In this document: one piece after another, positions 37,351-47,207 of the stretch
Layout of the letters: the number at the start of each line of letters is the position of its first letter
Position numbering within the stretch: the stretch's first letter is position 1
NCBI GenBank assembly: GCA_000002435.2
Contig: CM018789.1
Reading direction: 5' to 3' (one strand)
Source: Giardia intestinalis
Taxonomy: Eukaryota
Length of the DNA: 64,000 nucleotides
Translations under genes and position numbers: made by a program
Notes under the pieces: model-generated
What the model was told of the DNA's origin: nothing
What the model saw: only the letters and a program-made list of their open reading frames with translations
The model's database searches: none

Positions 37351-39627
37351 ATGATACCATCCCTAGAGGACGGGCGTGTCTGTGATAACAGCTGTATAGG
37401 TTCTCAGCGAGTATTCTGGTCTATTCTTAGTGGGTTCAGCCTGCCCAAGGGAGTCTTTGATTTCATTGACGAGGGGGATCTGATTCGGCTTATTACACAT
37501 CAACACTTTCTTTCGGAGGTACAAGCGCGCAACCCTTCAGTGATGGCCTTTCTAAAGGACAAAACTACGCTAGTTCGTCTTCCTCGCATTCTCTTTGGTC
37601 CATCGCCCCTCGACTTCGCTTTGCCTCTCGAGACAAAAGCTATTTTAGTCCGTGACCAGGATTTTCTGCAGAAAAAAGAGGCTGAGCACAAAGGTTTCCG
37701 CACAGAAGTGGCTGCTATAATAGTTCAGCTCTTTTCGGCATTTGAGCATACGACAGACTTTATAGAATGCTATATGACTAAAGAGATGCTTCCACATCTT
37801 GTGTACATAGGGTACATGAGCTTACAGCAGGAGCGTCGCGATAAGGTGATCGAACAGCAAATGTTACTCACCAATTTTGCCAGTCTTCTCAAGTCAATAT
37901 TCCAGAAGGACGACAGATATAAGATGTTTTTCACTTTGCTGCCTGGGATAGAGAGCGGCTATCTCCTCACAAAGTTAATATACTTTGCTCCTTGGCCTGC
38001 CATAGAAGATATTCTAGTCTTTATGTCCATTCGCCGCCTGAAGAATCCCCAATACGAGCACGATCTTGTCAGATTTTTAGACAAGTGGAATCCACTCTCA
38101 GTATTCGCTAGTCTCCTCACGGGTCAACGGGAGTCTTACATGCCGTCATCTTACTTGGATGGCTGTAAAAACTACTTTACTCAGTTCATCTCTCAACACA
38201 CCGGCCCTCTTGCCACGGCAGTGATACTTTCTTCTAGTGTGAAGCTGATCGCCAAGTACATAGGGATGGCACTTAGAGGAGACCAACTGGAGCGGCTAAC
38301 TGAGGTGTGGCTCTGTGTTGTTGGCCAGTGCCTAATCAAGATACAGAGGCTTCTGATGTTTTATAGCCAGGACATCCTGGACAAAGTCCGCAATGACACT
38401 GTCGACCTATCTTTGCCGTTTGACGACATAACCTGCATAGAGGACCCAACTACACATATTCCTATATCTCGTCAGCTTCTCAAGTGGGTCCTGGAGCGCC
38501 CACCATCGCCAGCCCCTGAGCTCCAGCCCTTGCTGGTAGGAACACATGGAGAACAGCTCCTCCATTCAGTCACAGAAGAGGCGAAAAGCGTCTTAGCATA
38601 TATCGATGTGGCAGAAGAATTCGTTCAGCTTATTCCCATATATGCACAACGACTGGCCGATCTTGCCCAAGAAACCCCAGATGAGTCGCAGGGACGCTTT
38701 TCGCTGCTCCTAGAATATGCTCGGTTCTTTGCCCGGATAGTTTCCATCCCTGCAAGCATGAAGGCGCACATTTACGACATGCTTAAGGGCTGCGGACCGA
38801 CTTCAGAGTTTAATGGGACCGGAACTGGGGTCTCTAACGAGATCTACCTGTCTCTGGATGGCTCTCAATATGCCGATCTTCCAGAAACAGCCTTAGCGTC
38901 TGTAGGGGGGACCTCTGAGGTAGAACTGAAAGCCACGTCGTTCTTGGCTGGCCGAGTGCGCTTACCTTACTCCCCGATTAATATTATAGAGGTAATTGAC
39001 AATACTGGGATCCCTGCTACTCTCCTAAGCCTACTCACCACGTATAGAGGTGGGCAGTGTGCGCACTCATCCACCCTAGGATTCTATGTATTCCGAGTAC
39101 TTAAAGTTATCCTAGCATATAGCAGATTTAATAGCAGCTTAGTGACGCGTGTCTTTTCCACACACGGGATGGAGGATCTAATTTTCAGCCTTTGCAAGAC
39201 TGACTTGACACCAGAACAGAAGTCGTTGCTTCCATTTGTCCGCGATTTTGTCTTGACAGCATTTAGGCTTGCTGCTGGAATACCCGATATGCACCTTTAC
39301 ACTCATAAAAAGAGAAACGTGTCCCTTCGTGGTGACTCCACGTCTGGCCAAGGCCGGGCATTCGTCCCCGAAACCGTTGCGCAGATCGAAGAAATGATTT
39401 ATAACATGGATGAGGCCAATATGAATCTATTAATGTACCTACAAGAGTCACCAATAATCAAGACCTTCAATGATATCCACTGCGCTCCACTGGCTGCGCG
39501 GAAAACTGTGTTTTCGGACAGCAGCGATGTCTCCTCCTCGAGAGGTGTCGACGGAAGTGGAAAAAAGCGGTGTCTAGCTGACCAAAGCGCCATCGACTCC
39601 TTGACGGCGAGTATTCAATCTTGGTAG
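37351..39627 (+). CDS. SAPS-domain-like protein (PP6/Sit4 regulatory-subunit-like), paralog B
   Basis: VFWSILSGFSLPKGVFDFIDEGDLIRLITHQHFLSEVQARNPSVMAFL aligns with the human PPP6R N-terminus [45 protein letters not shown] at FW, L.E(V/C).A.N and (M/L)(A/D)FL. AT-rich promoter upstream. Confidence 0.5.
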   Translation: MIPSLEDGRVCDNSCIGSQRVFWSILSGFSLPKGVFDFIDEGDLIRLITHQHFLSEVQARNPSVMAFLKDKTTLVRLPRILFGPSPLDFALPLETKAILVRDQDFLQKKEAEHKGFRTEVAAIIVQLFSAFEHTTDFIECYMTKEMLPHLVYIGYMSLQQERRDKVIEQQMLLTNFASLLKSIFQKDDRYKMFFTLLPGIESGYLLTKLIYFAPWPAIEDILVFMSIRRLKNPQYEHDLVRFLDKWNPLSVFASLLTGQRESYMPSSYLDGCKNYFTQFISQHTGPLATAVILSSSVKLIAKYIGMALRGDQLERLTEVWLCVVGQCLIKIQRLLMFYSQDILDKVRNDTVDLSLPFDDITCIEDPTTHIPISRQLLKWVLERPPSPAPELQPLLVGTHGEQLLHSVTEEAKSVLAYIDVAEEFVQLIPIYAQRLADLAQETPDESQGRFSLLLEYARFFARIVSIPASMKAHIYDMLKGCGPTSEFNGTGTGVSNEIYLSLDGSQYADLPETALASVGGTSEVELKATSFLAGRVRLPYSPINIIEVIDNTGIPATLLSLLTTYRGGQCAHSSTLGFYVFRVLKVILAYSRFNSSLVTRVFSTHGMEDLIFSLCKTDLTPEQKSLLPFVRDFVLTAFRLAAGIPDMHLYTHKKRNVSLRGDSTSGQGRAFVPETVAQIEEMIYNMDEANMNLLMYLQESPIIKTFNDIHCAPLAARKTVFSDSSDVSSSRGVDGSGKKRCLADQSAIDSLTASIQSW

Positions 39628-39647
39628 CCCTTGTAAACAGAAAATAA

Positions 39648-40142
39648 ATGGCTCTCTCAATGAGAAATGACGTCTCTAGCAGAATCTTGGATATTAGCAG
39701 ACGCTCCATTGCAATAGGGGTGACAACGGCAGGGGCGTCGCTGGCATCGCGCCTCGTCTCCTCGTTATTTCATCCCAGGCGGGCCAAAAAGGCGACAGAC
39801 ACACCTTTTAAAAGTGCGGTCACTGCCGGTGCAACAGCCGCTTTATCAAATCAGCTGTCGGAGTGTACAACCATGGCGCTAAATGGGGCGACCCAGAGCC
39901 ATGGGGTCCTCAACAACATGGCAGCCGCCGCCGTCAGTGCAGCAGTGCTATCTCAGCTTACTCACCAGCAATCGCTTCGCAGGGTTGCGCTTGCCCCTGT
40001 ACACGTGGGTTTATCCTCTATGCTCTTTACCGAAGAACCCCTGCACTCCCGTCTTCCCTTGCAAATAAACAAGAGGTACTTTGGGCTCAGACAGTTTCTA
40101 CTCGATCCACCCATAAGGAAGTCGGATGGTCAGCAGCCTTAG
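39648..40142 (+). CDS. Hypothetical Ala/Ser-rich small protein (164 aa) between paralogs B and C
   Basis: ATG with AT-rich context gtaaacagaaaataaATG. No motif. Confidence 0.3.
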   Translation: MALSMRNDVSSRILDISRRSIAIGVTTAGASLASRLVSSLFHPRRAKKATDTPFKSAVTAGATAALSNQLSECTTMALNGATQSHGVLNNMAAAAVSAAVLSQLTHQQSLRRVALAPVHVGLSSMLFTEEPLHSRLPLQINKRYFGLRQFLLDPPIRKSDGQQP

Positions 40143-40261
40143 TAAGGAATGCTTCTAGCATCAGCGCTGACTTTGTCTTCCAGGGACGCCTGAACATACG
40201 TCCAGTTTTGCATGGCAAAAAGTTTCAGGCTTTGAATTAGTACTTCTTTTCTGCGCCACTG

Positions 40262-43207
40262 ATGAACGCACCAGGGGCAGCAGAGCTAGAATTTCCTTCT
40301 GATGTCTCTGATCCAACACTTGACATCGGGGTTAGTGGACCAGAACTATTCGAACACTTTGTCCAGAATTATGACATGCGCTCTCTTCTCCTCAATCAAC
40401 GATTTCTTGCATCAGCTCGAATCCAGGTAACTTATGTCACGGAGCTCCTTGTCCAGCCAGCAATACTTCGACTTCTCCTAGAGATTGCCTTCGTCGTCCC
40501 ATGTGACGATGACTATATTCACCACTTTCTCTTTACTGAATGCTTTACTGGTAACGGGTCTGCAACAGATTTTGAATCATCCAAAGCAGTTATCCAAGAC
40601 ATCCAGAAGCCTGTCCTCTCTCAACTAGATTACTATGTTCAAATACCAAAGCAGGAGCGGCTTGATATGCTTGATGCAGCAATTGACCTTCTCGACATTT
40701 GTCTACGGGATGAAAGGGCCGTTGCTGTCATAAAGGAGGACCGTCTACTCCAACGATACCCATTTACCGTGGTCTCACGGCGCAATTGCTTCCCAATGCT
40801 ACGTTCCCTGAGAAATGCTTCTTCAACTAACAGGGTCCCCTTTCACATCTGCAGAGCGTTTTCCAAGCTTATTCGCAGTCTGTGCGCACAGCAGGCCTCG
40901 GCTATACTACTTCTGGACGTGTTACAAGAATCGATCCCCAAGACAGATCTATCTGACGCAGCTGATGGCTGGAATTACTTGACTGCATGGCTCTCCAATG
41001 CAGATCATCCCGACGTCATGGGGTCGTTGATTTCCTTTGTAGTTGACAGTCAACATCTTCTCTCTGTTGATAACAAGCAGCGATTGACGAACCTACTGAC
41101 AGAGCTGAGCTTCGCTACCTCTCTTTGCAGACTGTTGGTGACCAACAATCCTGATGACGTGCCCGCGGATGCGGGGCAGATGGTCTCTGAGGTTCTTAGT
41201 GCCATTCTTTCAGCAACCACTTGCGATGAGCTTCGACTGGAGGCTATTAAATGCCTGCCGAGCCTGGCTGAGCATGTCTTTGTCACCGAGCACCGAGGCA
41301 TTGACGTCTGGCGGATGAAGTATACAGGGAGAACATTAGTCATTGGTGTTCGCGCAATAATATACATCACCCGTTCACTCTACGAAAGCACCTATGGGAA
41401 GCCTCCGTCTGTAGCATCCAAGGAGCTCAAGCAAATTAGTTACCTACGGTCTATCTTTCAGAAAGTACTTGGAGTGATAAAGGGTGTGGGTCACCGACTG
41501 CGCATGTTAATTAAGGAAGGCATAGAGTTAGAGCGGCGAGGAAGAGATGATCTGTCTGCACAGCCAACCGATTCCACTGGCTCACAAAGTGCCGGCCCCA
41601 CTAATACCTTGGCCCTAACCGTTTTAGAATCATTGGCAGAACTCCAGAATACTCTGTCTCGATCTATTGTTACAGAGCACAACGAAAACGCCGTGCATTT
41701 GAAAGGAACTATTCCTTCTCCTGATCGTTCTCGTCCTTTTCAACAACGGGTTGAGCTGATTTCGGGGCAAGACAAACATATGGGCCAGTTCTCTCTTGTG
41801 CAGTATGCAATACTAGAAACACTGGCTAGATTGTTGCTTCTATCTGCAGATATCCGAGACTTTCTTTGCGTGTCCAAAGGCACTGGTCCTTTTCTCTCAG
41901 TAAGCAGTGGAACATTTGGTGCAGACAACTCCTTTGCTGACTCTGGGTCGGCTGGTTCATTTCAAGCCAGCTTTCCCTACTCTGCGATTGTTGGGGTTGG
42001 AGGCACAGAGACGGTGGATCTCAAGAAGACGTTTTGCTTTGGTGGCGGTGGTCATTACCCCATTTCTCCTATGCATATCGCCGAGTGCTACGCGAAGAGC
42101 GGAATCCCAGATGCAGTTTTGCTGACAATGATAGCTTACCCGAACTGCTCTATTTGCCATTTTCTTGGGACGCGTATTCTCATCCCAATGCTAGAGTACA
42201 ACGGACATGCTCCACATGTCATCCACTCTATTATTTCTGAGACATGTCTCTTAAGGTTCCTCGACCTCTATGTGGGCCAAAACATGAACGACCTGGCTAC
42301 CAGCTTTACGCTTTCCACAACAAGCATTGGAGTGTTCCTCGTATCCATGGCTGCAAACATTGTAAGATTGGCAGGGGGTGTTCCAGATAGTCGCTGGAAA
42401 AATCGGAAACTTGATCATCTTCCAAGCCTAAGACTGTCATCAGCACAAGTCTCCTCTATCCACCAATCCCCTGTGCCCTTAACTCTTGATGAACTAACAT
42501 GCAGCCTCAGAACCTCTTCGACGGCCACAAACACAATCTTTCATAAAATATCCAACAGTCCACGGTTTAGGGCCTTTTCTGAAAAAGTGTTGCGTACGAA
42601 TTTGTGGGCTCGTTTCTCTTTTACTGAGTCTGCTGATGAATTTGAAGCCATGCTCCGCCTGTCTCCCTGCTCAGAACCTCCTCCATCTCCTATCAAGCTA
42701 TCTCTGCATGAAAACCGTCATATCCCGAGACTAGATGACGGAAAAAAATCTAAAGGACAAGCCGTTCCAATAATTCCGCAAACCCTAATTCCTCAGAAAG
42801 CTCAGAGCTGTGCTGCAAGAAAGTACAATGAGGAAGGACACGACAGCGTAGCGTATAAAGGGCACTATATCAGTGGCTCATTTCTACCAACCCTCGATAA
42901 AAGAAAGAGAATCATGCCCCTTGCCGGGAGAAAAGACTCTGACAGCAACCGATTGACGCGGATAGCATCATATGGATTTCTTCCTTCTGACGTCCACAAG
43001 GTGGAAAATGCAAACACTGGCTCCTCGTGGTCTATTCCAGTGGGTATGCAGAGGATTCAAAGAAAACCTGTGCAAGGTCTCCCCGTCCTACGGCCACATG
43101 AATACGGGAGAAGTGGAGTCATGATCACAGTGGCACCCTCGACTCAGCAAGGGTGCCCTCTTATGTCTATCAGGACACTTAGGAACACAAGGTCTAGCAA
43201 CCACTAG
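40262..43207 (+). CDS. Large hypothetical protein (981 aa), possible divergent third member of the SAPS-like tandem array
   Basis: Same orientation and size class as A and B. N-terminal block LFEHFVQNYDMRSLLLNQRFLASARIQVTYVTELLVQPAILRLLLEIAF has a similar hydrophobic pattern but weak identity. Confidence 0.45.
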   Translation: MNAPGAAELEFPSDVSDPTLDIGVSGPELFEHFVQNYDMRSLLLNQRFLASARIQVTYVTELLVQPAILRLLLEIAFVVPCDDDYIHHFLFTECFTGNGSATDFESSKAVIQDIQKPVLSQLDYYVQIPKQERLDMLDAAIDLLDICLRDERAVAVIKEDRLLQRYPFTVVSRRNCFPMLRSLRNASSTNRVPFHICRAFSKLIRSLCAQQASAILLLDVLQESIPKTDLSDAADGWNYLTAWLSNADHPDVMGSLISFVVDSQHLLSVDNKQRLTNLLTELSFATSLCRLLVTNNPDDVPADAGQMVSEVLSAILSATTCDELRLEAIKCLPSLAEHVFVTEHRGIDVWRMKYTGRTLVIGVRAIIYITRSLYESTYGKPPSVASKELKQISYLRSIFQKVLGVIKGVGHRLRMLIKEGIELERRGRDDLSAQPTDSTGSQSAGPTNTLALTVLESLAELQNTLSRSIVTEHNENAVHLKGTIPSPDRSRPFQQRVELISGQDKHMGQFSLVQYAILETLARLLLLSADIRDFLCVSKGTGPFLSVSSGTFGADNSFADSGSAGSFQASFPYSAIVGVGGTETVDLKKTFCFGGGGHYPISPMHIAECYAKSGIPDAVLLTMIAYPNCSICHFLGTRILIPMLEYNGHAPHVIHSIISETCLLRFLDLYVGQNMNDLATSFTLSTTSIGVFLVSMAANIVRLAGGVPDSRWKNRKLDHLPSLRLSSAQVSSIHQSPVPLTLDELTCSLRTSSTATNTIFHKISNSPRFRAFSEKVLRTNLWARFSFTESADEFEAMLRLSPCSEPPPSPIKLSLHENRHIPRLDDGKKSKGQAVPIIPQTLIPQKAQSCAARKYNEEGHDSVAYKGHYISGSFLPTLDKRKRIMPLAGRKDSDSNRLTRIASYGFLPSDVHKVENANTGSSWSIPVGMQRIQRKPVQGLPVLRPHEYGRSGVMITVAPSTQQGCPLMSIRTLRNTRSSNH

Positions 43208-43253
43208 GTCGGGCGGACATCCGTTTTAAAAGGTCCAAAAAAATCGCCTGTAG

Positions 43254-43946
43254 ATGAGTTATCCGTACGGTCAACCAGCTTCTCAGCCGTCTCTGTATGG
43301 TGCACCCCAGGGATATGGCGCGCCAGCTCAATCCTACGGAGCTCCACAGCAACCCCAGCAGCCGGGCTATGGGGCTTCTGCTCCAGGCTATGGCGCACCT
43401 GTTCAGAGCTATGGGGCTCCTGCCCAGCAGCCCTACGGTGCACCGCAGCAACAGCAATATGGTGGCCAGCAACCCCAAGCACAGATGGGCTACGGTCAAC
43501 CATCTCCGTATGGTGCCTCCCAAAGCTCTTACGGTGGCGGAGTGGGACAGGGCCAACAGTCCTACGGAATGCCCCAGGCTGGTGCGCCTTCCTACGGAGG
43601 CATGGTGCAGCCCGGCATGCCTTCAGGGGGTTACGGTCAGCCACAAATGGGGTACGGTGCTCCTCAGCAGCCCATGTATGGCGGGGGCGCGATGCCTGGC
43701 TTCGGGGGTAGCTTCTCTGGGCCCATGCCCTTCATGCCCCAATCCTACCCGGGTATGCCCGTCGTAGGGCAATATAAGCCTGTTACCGGGGGAGGAATTC
43801 CGTTCATGGGTAAGACGGAGTCGAAAGAGGCCGGAAACGAGCCCGAGTCGACAAGCAAAGATCTCGCCAATCCATCGGAGCCCGCAGCTCCGGCGATAGT
43901 ATCCTCTGGTGCACCTGCAGAACAGCCCGCACCCTCCACCCAGTAA
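43254..43946 (+). CDS. Low-complexity YG/PQ-repeat protein (prion-like domain protein, 230 aa)
   Basis: Degenerate repeats (S/Q)YGAPQQ and GYG(A/Q)P through most of the protein. AT-rich initiator ttttaaaaggtccaaaaaaatcgcctgtagATG. Confidence 0.5.
   Translation: MSYPYGQPASQPSLYGAPQGYGAPAQSYGAPQQPQQPGYGASAPGYGAPVQSYGAPAQQPYGAPQQQQYGGQQPQAQMGYGQPSPYGASQSSYGGGVGQGQQSYGMPQAGAPSYGGMVQPGMPSGGYGQPQMGYGAPQQPMYGGGAMPGFGGSFSGPMPFMPQSYPGMPVVGQYKPVTGGGIPFMGKTESKEAGNEPESTSKDLANPSEPAAPAIVSSGAPAEQPAPSTQ
43290..43700 (+). repeat. Degenerate in-frame tandem repeats (~21-nt units encoding YGAPQQP-like heptapeptides)
   Basis: Recurring tacgg(a/t)gc(t/a)cc(a/t)cagca-like units. They generate shadow ORFs on the opposite strand (43194-43644). 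Confidence 0.5.
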
Positions 43947-43998
43947 ATCCAGCGTTACGTCAAGTCGTTTACAGCCCGCCTAGGACCCCCACTACGCG

Positions 43999-44484
43999 CT
44001 ATGCACCTCCAGCAAGCTCCCGCTCCTTAATCCGCAGGTCTATTATTTCCTGATAAAGGGCCGACAACTCCTTAAAGTGTGCCTGGAGAGTCTTCTTGTG
44101 CTCGCCTTCTCTCGTGATGTTGTGATAGTACATATAGCTATCGATGATCTTGTAAGGTATGGCCCGCTCCATCCTGAGCTCAAAGTCATCCTTGTCCCGG
44201 AGGTAAACAAAGTTCGCCCCCAGGATTATCTCGCTCTCCTCCTTCTCTGGCTCCAAAATGTAGAATCGGATAACTGCTGTCTCTCCCCTTTTGCTCTCCT
44301 CCTCATCCTTTTTCTGCGCCAAGAAGACGAATAGATAGCGGTTCTTGTATATCTCCAGCTCTGAAATTAAGTCTGCATCGTACATGGGGAGGTAGATGTC
44401 TTTGGGGATGACCACGAGATTCGTCTGCACATTAGCCGAGAGGGCGTCCTTCCTCATGACAATTGGTATCTCCATCGTAGTCAT
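43999..44484 (-). CDS. Hypothetical small protein (161 aa)
   Basis: The track start at 44607 is GTG; the first ATG is at 44484 (MTTMEIPIV), preceded by A-rich caacaaaaaag. Overlaps the last ~50 nt of the upstream FCP1-like CDS. Confidence 0.4.
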   Translation of the reverse strand: MTTMEIPIVMRKDALSANVQTNLVVIPKDIYLPMYDADLISELEIYKNRYLFVFLAQKKDEEESKRGETAVIRFYILEPEKEESEIILGANFVYLRDKDDFELRMERAIPYKIIDSYMYYHNITREGEHKKTLQAHFKELSALYQEIIDLRIKERELAGGA

Positions 44485-46246
44485 CTTTTTTGTTGCCCGT
44501 TCTGTCCGCAGACGACCGAGGAGGTGTCTCTTTTGAGGGCAGAAGCCCACGAGCAAGGAAGCAGCGTGTATAGAACAGCTCACTTTGCCTCCGATAGAGC
44601 AGCGCACTTGTCATCAGCCAGTTTTGTGTGACCGCGTGAAACGGAAAGACAGACGTGCATGTTTGGTTGATTTCACCGGGATCATAGCACATAAATGTGT
44701 CTGGCACAATAAAAAGCTCTGATGTGTCCTGATCACCAGTGCCATTTCCGCGAATTTGTATATCGGTCCAATCTCCAAGAGCAGCCTTCACTAAGCCCGG
44801 AGAAACCTCATCTGGATTGCACCTTAACAGCAGATGAGCACACTTTGCATAGCTTTTCTTCCACAAGCTACCGCTCTCGGAGACAAGGACGTGAGTAACC
44901 TCGTTGTCAAAGGTCATCGCTACCCGCCCTCCAAGCAAGTGGATGAGCTCTACACGGAAGTCCATCAGCGTCTCGGTCTTACGTTTCCATTGTGCAGCCA
45001 CGATGTAAGGCCCTTCTGTAACAAGATCAGCTGCGTTAGGCAGAAAAGGTATGTAGATGACGCATCCTCTGAGGACCTTGCCCATAATTTCCTCGACCGC
45101 TTCTCGAGCGCTTTGGCACTGTAGCACATCTGTTTGCTTGAATTCCTCAGGATGCATGGAGGATTGGATGTAACGTAATATATTCTTGAAAGAGTGCAGC
45201 TGGGCGACGGAAAACGTATAGAATCGATGGTCATACACAGGCTTATTCCTCTGGGCTAGGAATGTGAAGTCATTCTTGCAATATCCTGTGACAACTTTTG
45301 TTAGCGACTCCAAGGGATAGACCTGCTGCTGCCACATATAATTAAAGCAATCCAGACCGTTTGCTACGTAAAAGTCAAAGCTCTTGAGGAAGCCGCATTT
45401 GGTTCCTCTCCACGGGACCGAGCTGTTGTCTATTGCTATGGAATTGTCGATGAGAAGCTGGATGCCCCCAAGGAACCGGTTCACACCCTTCATGATGTGG
45501 TTGTCTAAATCAGATAGATGTTGGTCGGCTAGATTGCCACACTCGCCCTCAAAATTAATGACTGCCCCACCCTCATCATCGTGTGTTACCTCGGCACTGG
45601 CGTCCCCGTGTCTGTTTGCCAGCTTCCTGTCCAGGAGCTCGTACACCAGCATGCGCTGGGGATCTATCATTTTGATAACTTGTTGGGCGTACTCCTGCGT
45701 TCCTAGCGTGCTGATGATGATGGCGACTGTTTTGTATGTCTTTAGAAAGAAGCGAAAGATACCGGGCCGAAACATTATCGTCATCCGCAGTCCCTGCACC
45801 TCGACGGCAGTAGGTTGCAGCCCGCGCTCGGGGCATCCGCAGAAGAAGTCTTCGGCCTCTGCTAAATATACATCTAGAAATGCTTCGCGGTATTCAGACT
45901 TGGATGCATAGGACGCACGCTTGGAGACAATATCGCGGGACATGCGGAAGGCATGATGAGCGCTCAAATTAACCGAATTGATCCGCTGGATGTTCTGGAG
46001 GGGCTGGCCCTTGACGCTTCCCCATGCATAGAGGATGGTATTGTCGATATCGAGGAACAGAATAAGCTTCTTGCTCTTCAGCACCGCATCCTTGTATTGT
46101 TGGAGCCAGTTTTCTCGCCTTATAAACTTCCCGTCCCGATACTGATAATGCATCACAACTTCTGCATGGGGCAACTTTTGCCCACATCTTATGCAGGCGA
46201 GTGACTGCATTGCAACAAGGTCGTGGCTACAGGGGCGGGCAAGCAT
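44432..46246 (-). CDS. FCP1-like RNA polymerase II CTD phosphatase (HAD-family FCP1 homology domain plus C-terminal BRCT-like region)
   Basis: KKLILFLDIDNTILYA contains the DxDxT phosphatase motif in FCP1 context. C-terminal VTHVLVSESGSLWKKSYAK resembles a BRCT. N-terminal CxxC. Confidence 0.55.
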   Translation of the reverse strand: MLARPCSHDLVAMQSLACIRCGQKLPHAEVVMHYQYRDGKFIRRENWLQQYKDAVLKSKKLILFLDIDNTILYAWGSVKGQPLQNIQRINSVNLSAHHAFRMSRDIVSKRASYASKSEYREAFLDVYLAEAEDFFCGCPERGLQPTAVEVQGLRMTIMFRPGIFRFFLKTYKTVAIIISTLGTQEYAQQVIKMIDPQRMLVYELLDRKLANRHGDASAEVTHDDEGGAVINFEGECGNLADQHLSDLDNHIMKGVNRFLGGIQLLIDNSIAIDNSSVPWRGTKCGFLKSFDFYVANGLDCFNYMWQQQVYPLESLTKVVTGYCKNDFTFLAQRNKPVYDHRFYTFSVAQLHSFKNILRYIQSSMHPEEFKQTDVLQCQSAREAVEEIMGKVLRGCVIYIPFLPNAADLVTEGPYIVAAQWKRKTETLMDFRVELIHLLGGRVAMTFDNEVTHVLVSESGSLWKKSYAKCAHLLLRCNPDEVSPGLVKAALGDWTDIQIRGNGTGDQDTSELFIVPDTFMCYDPGEINQTCTSVFPFHAVTQNWLMTSALLYRRQSELFYTRCFLARGLLPSKETPPRSSADRTGNKKDDYDGDTNCHEEGRPLG

Positions 46247-46579
46247 TTTCTATTGGAGAAGAATCCTTAGACCCCTGAATTTTCTGGTAATCATCCGCTT
46301 TACGGGAGAGCTATCAACGGATTAGCGATAGATAGATACCACTACGAACTATATGCCCATGCTACAGCTGTGGTACTCCCTGCTCCTTCTCCTTATTTTC
46401 AACTGAACTTAGATGAGCCTTGACTGCCTCGCACTCTACCAGAAAGGTCTCTTTGCGTGTCAGTTGTTTCATAACTTAGCCTAGGATCAAAGCAAGTGTG
46501 TTGCTCTCTGGACACCGGGTGACCTAAGTAATGCCTGTCAGGCAGAGCTCTGCGCTTCCTCCAACTAATCTTTGCTAGT

Positions 46580-47032
46580 TTACTTAATGGGCACATCCAC
46601 ATCAGCCTGATTGGGATCACTCAGAAATTTCCCTTTATAGAGATCAACGAAGTCAGAAAGCTGTATCCTTGCCTTGAAGTCTTCTCCGTATTCGCCTGCT
46701 CTTGTCTGCTGGTCATACTTGAACGAGATGTTGTGAAGGCGCCCCTGGGCTGTCCTCTTGATCAGATTATTATCCAAGAAAAAGCGGAGAACCCTTTTGT
46801 GGCTCTCCTTGTCAGTTCCATCTATGTAGAAGCACGCGACGCCTCTGTCAGCATTGCTGTGTTTGGCCGTAGTAACCACCTCAGTCGAAACAGCCAGCTC
46901 ACAAATCCTGGCAACAAACGCGCGGTCATTCCAGAAATACATCCACTTGCCGCAGAGCTGTGGGTCGATGCATAAGCCCTCTGGACCTATATAAAAAACC
47001 CAATACGCGGTTTCGTGGACATTCACTTCCAT
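46580..47032 (-). CDS. Hypothetical protein (150 aa)
   Basis: ATG with AT-rich upstream aattcaaaATG. Motifs YWVFYIGP / GKWMYFW not confidently assigned. Confidence 0.45.
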   Translation of the reverse strand: MEVNVHETAYWVFYIGPEGLCIDPQLCGKWMYFWNDRAFVARICELAVSTEVVTTAKHSNADRGVACFYIDGTDKESHKRVLRFFLDNNLIKRTAQGRLHNISFKYDQQTRAGEYGEDFKARIQLSDFVDLYKGKFLSDPNQADVDVPIK

Positions 47033-47207
47033 TTTGAATTAGGCTCCAAAACAATCAGATTGGGAAAATTGGATTATGTGTAAAATATGTTGGAAGTACA
47101 AGGTAGCATTGAAAGTTTTAGCATTCTGGCAGAAAGACAGAGCCACGGGTTCCTATCCTGTTTGGAGAAACTACGGGAGAGGAGATAGAAGACTCTTTCC
47201 TGCTCAA

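Noticed and set aside
43194-43644. Two overlapping minus-strand ORFs (120 and 146 aa) opposite the YG/PQ-repeat gene
   Set aside because: Generated by the tandem repeat periodicity. Arg/Leu/Pro-rich junk, and they also overlap the 3' end of the preceding gene.
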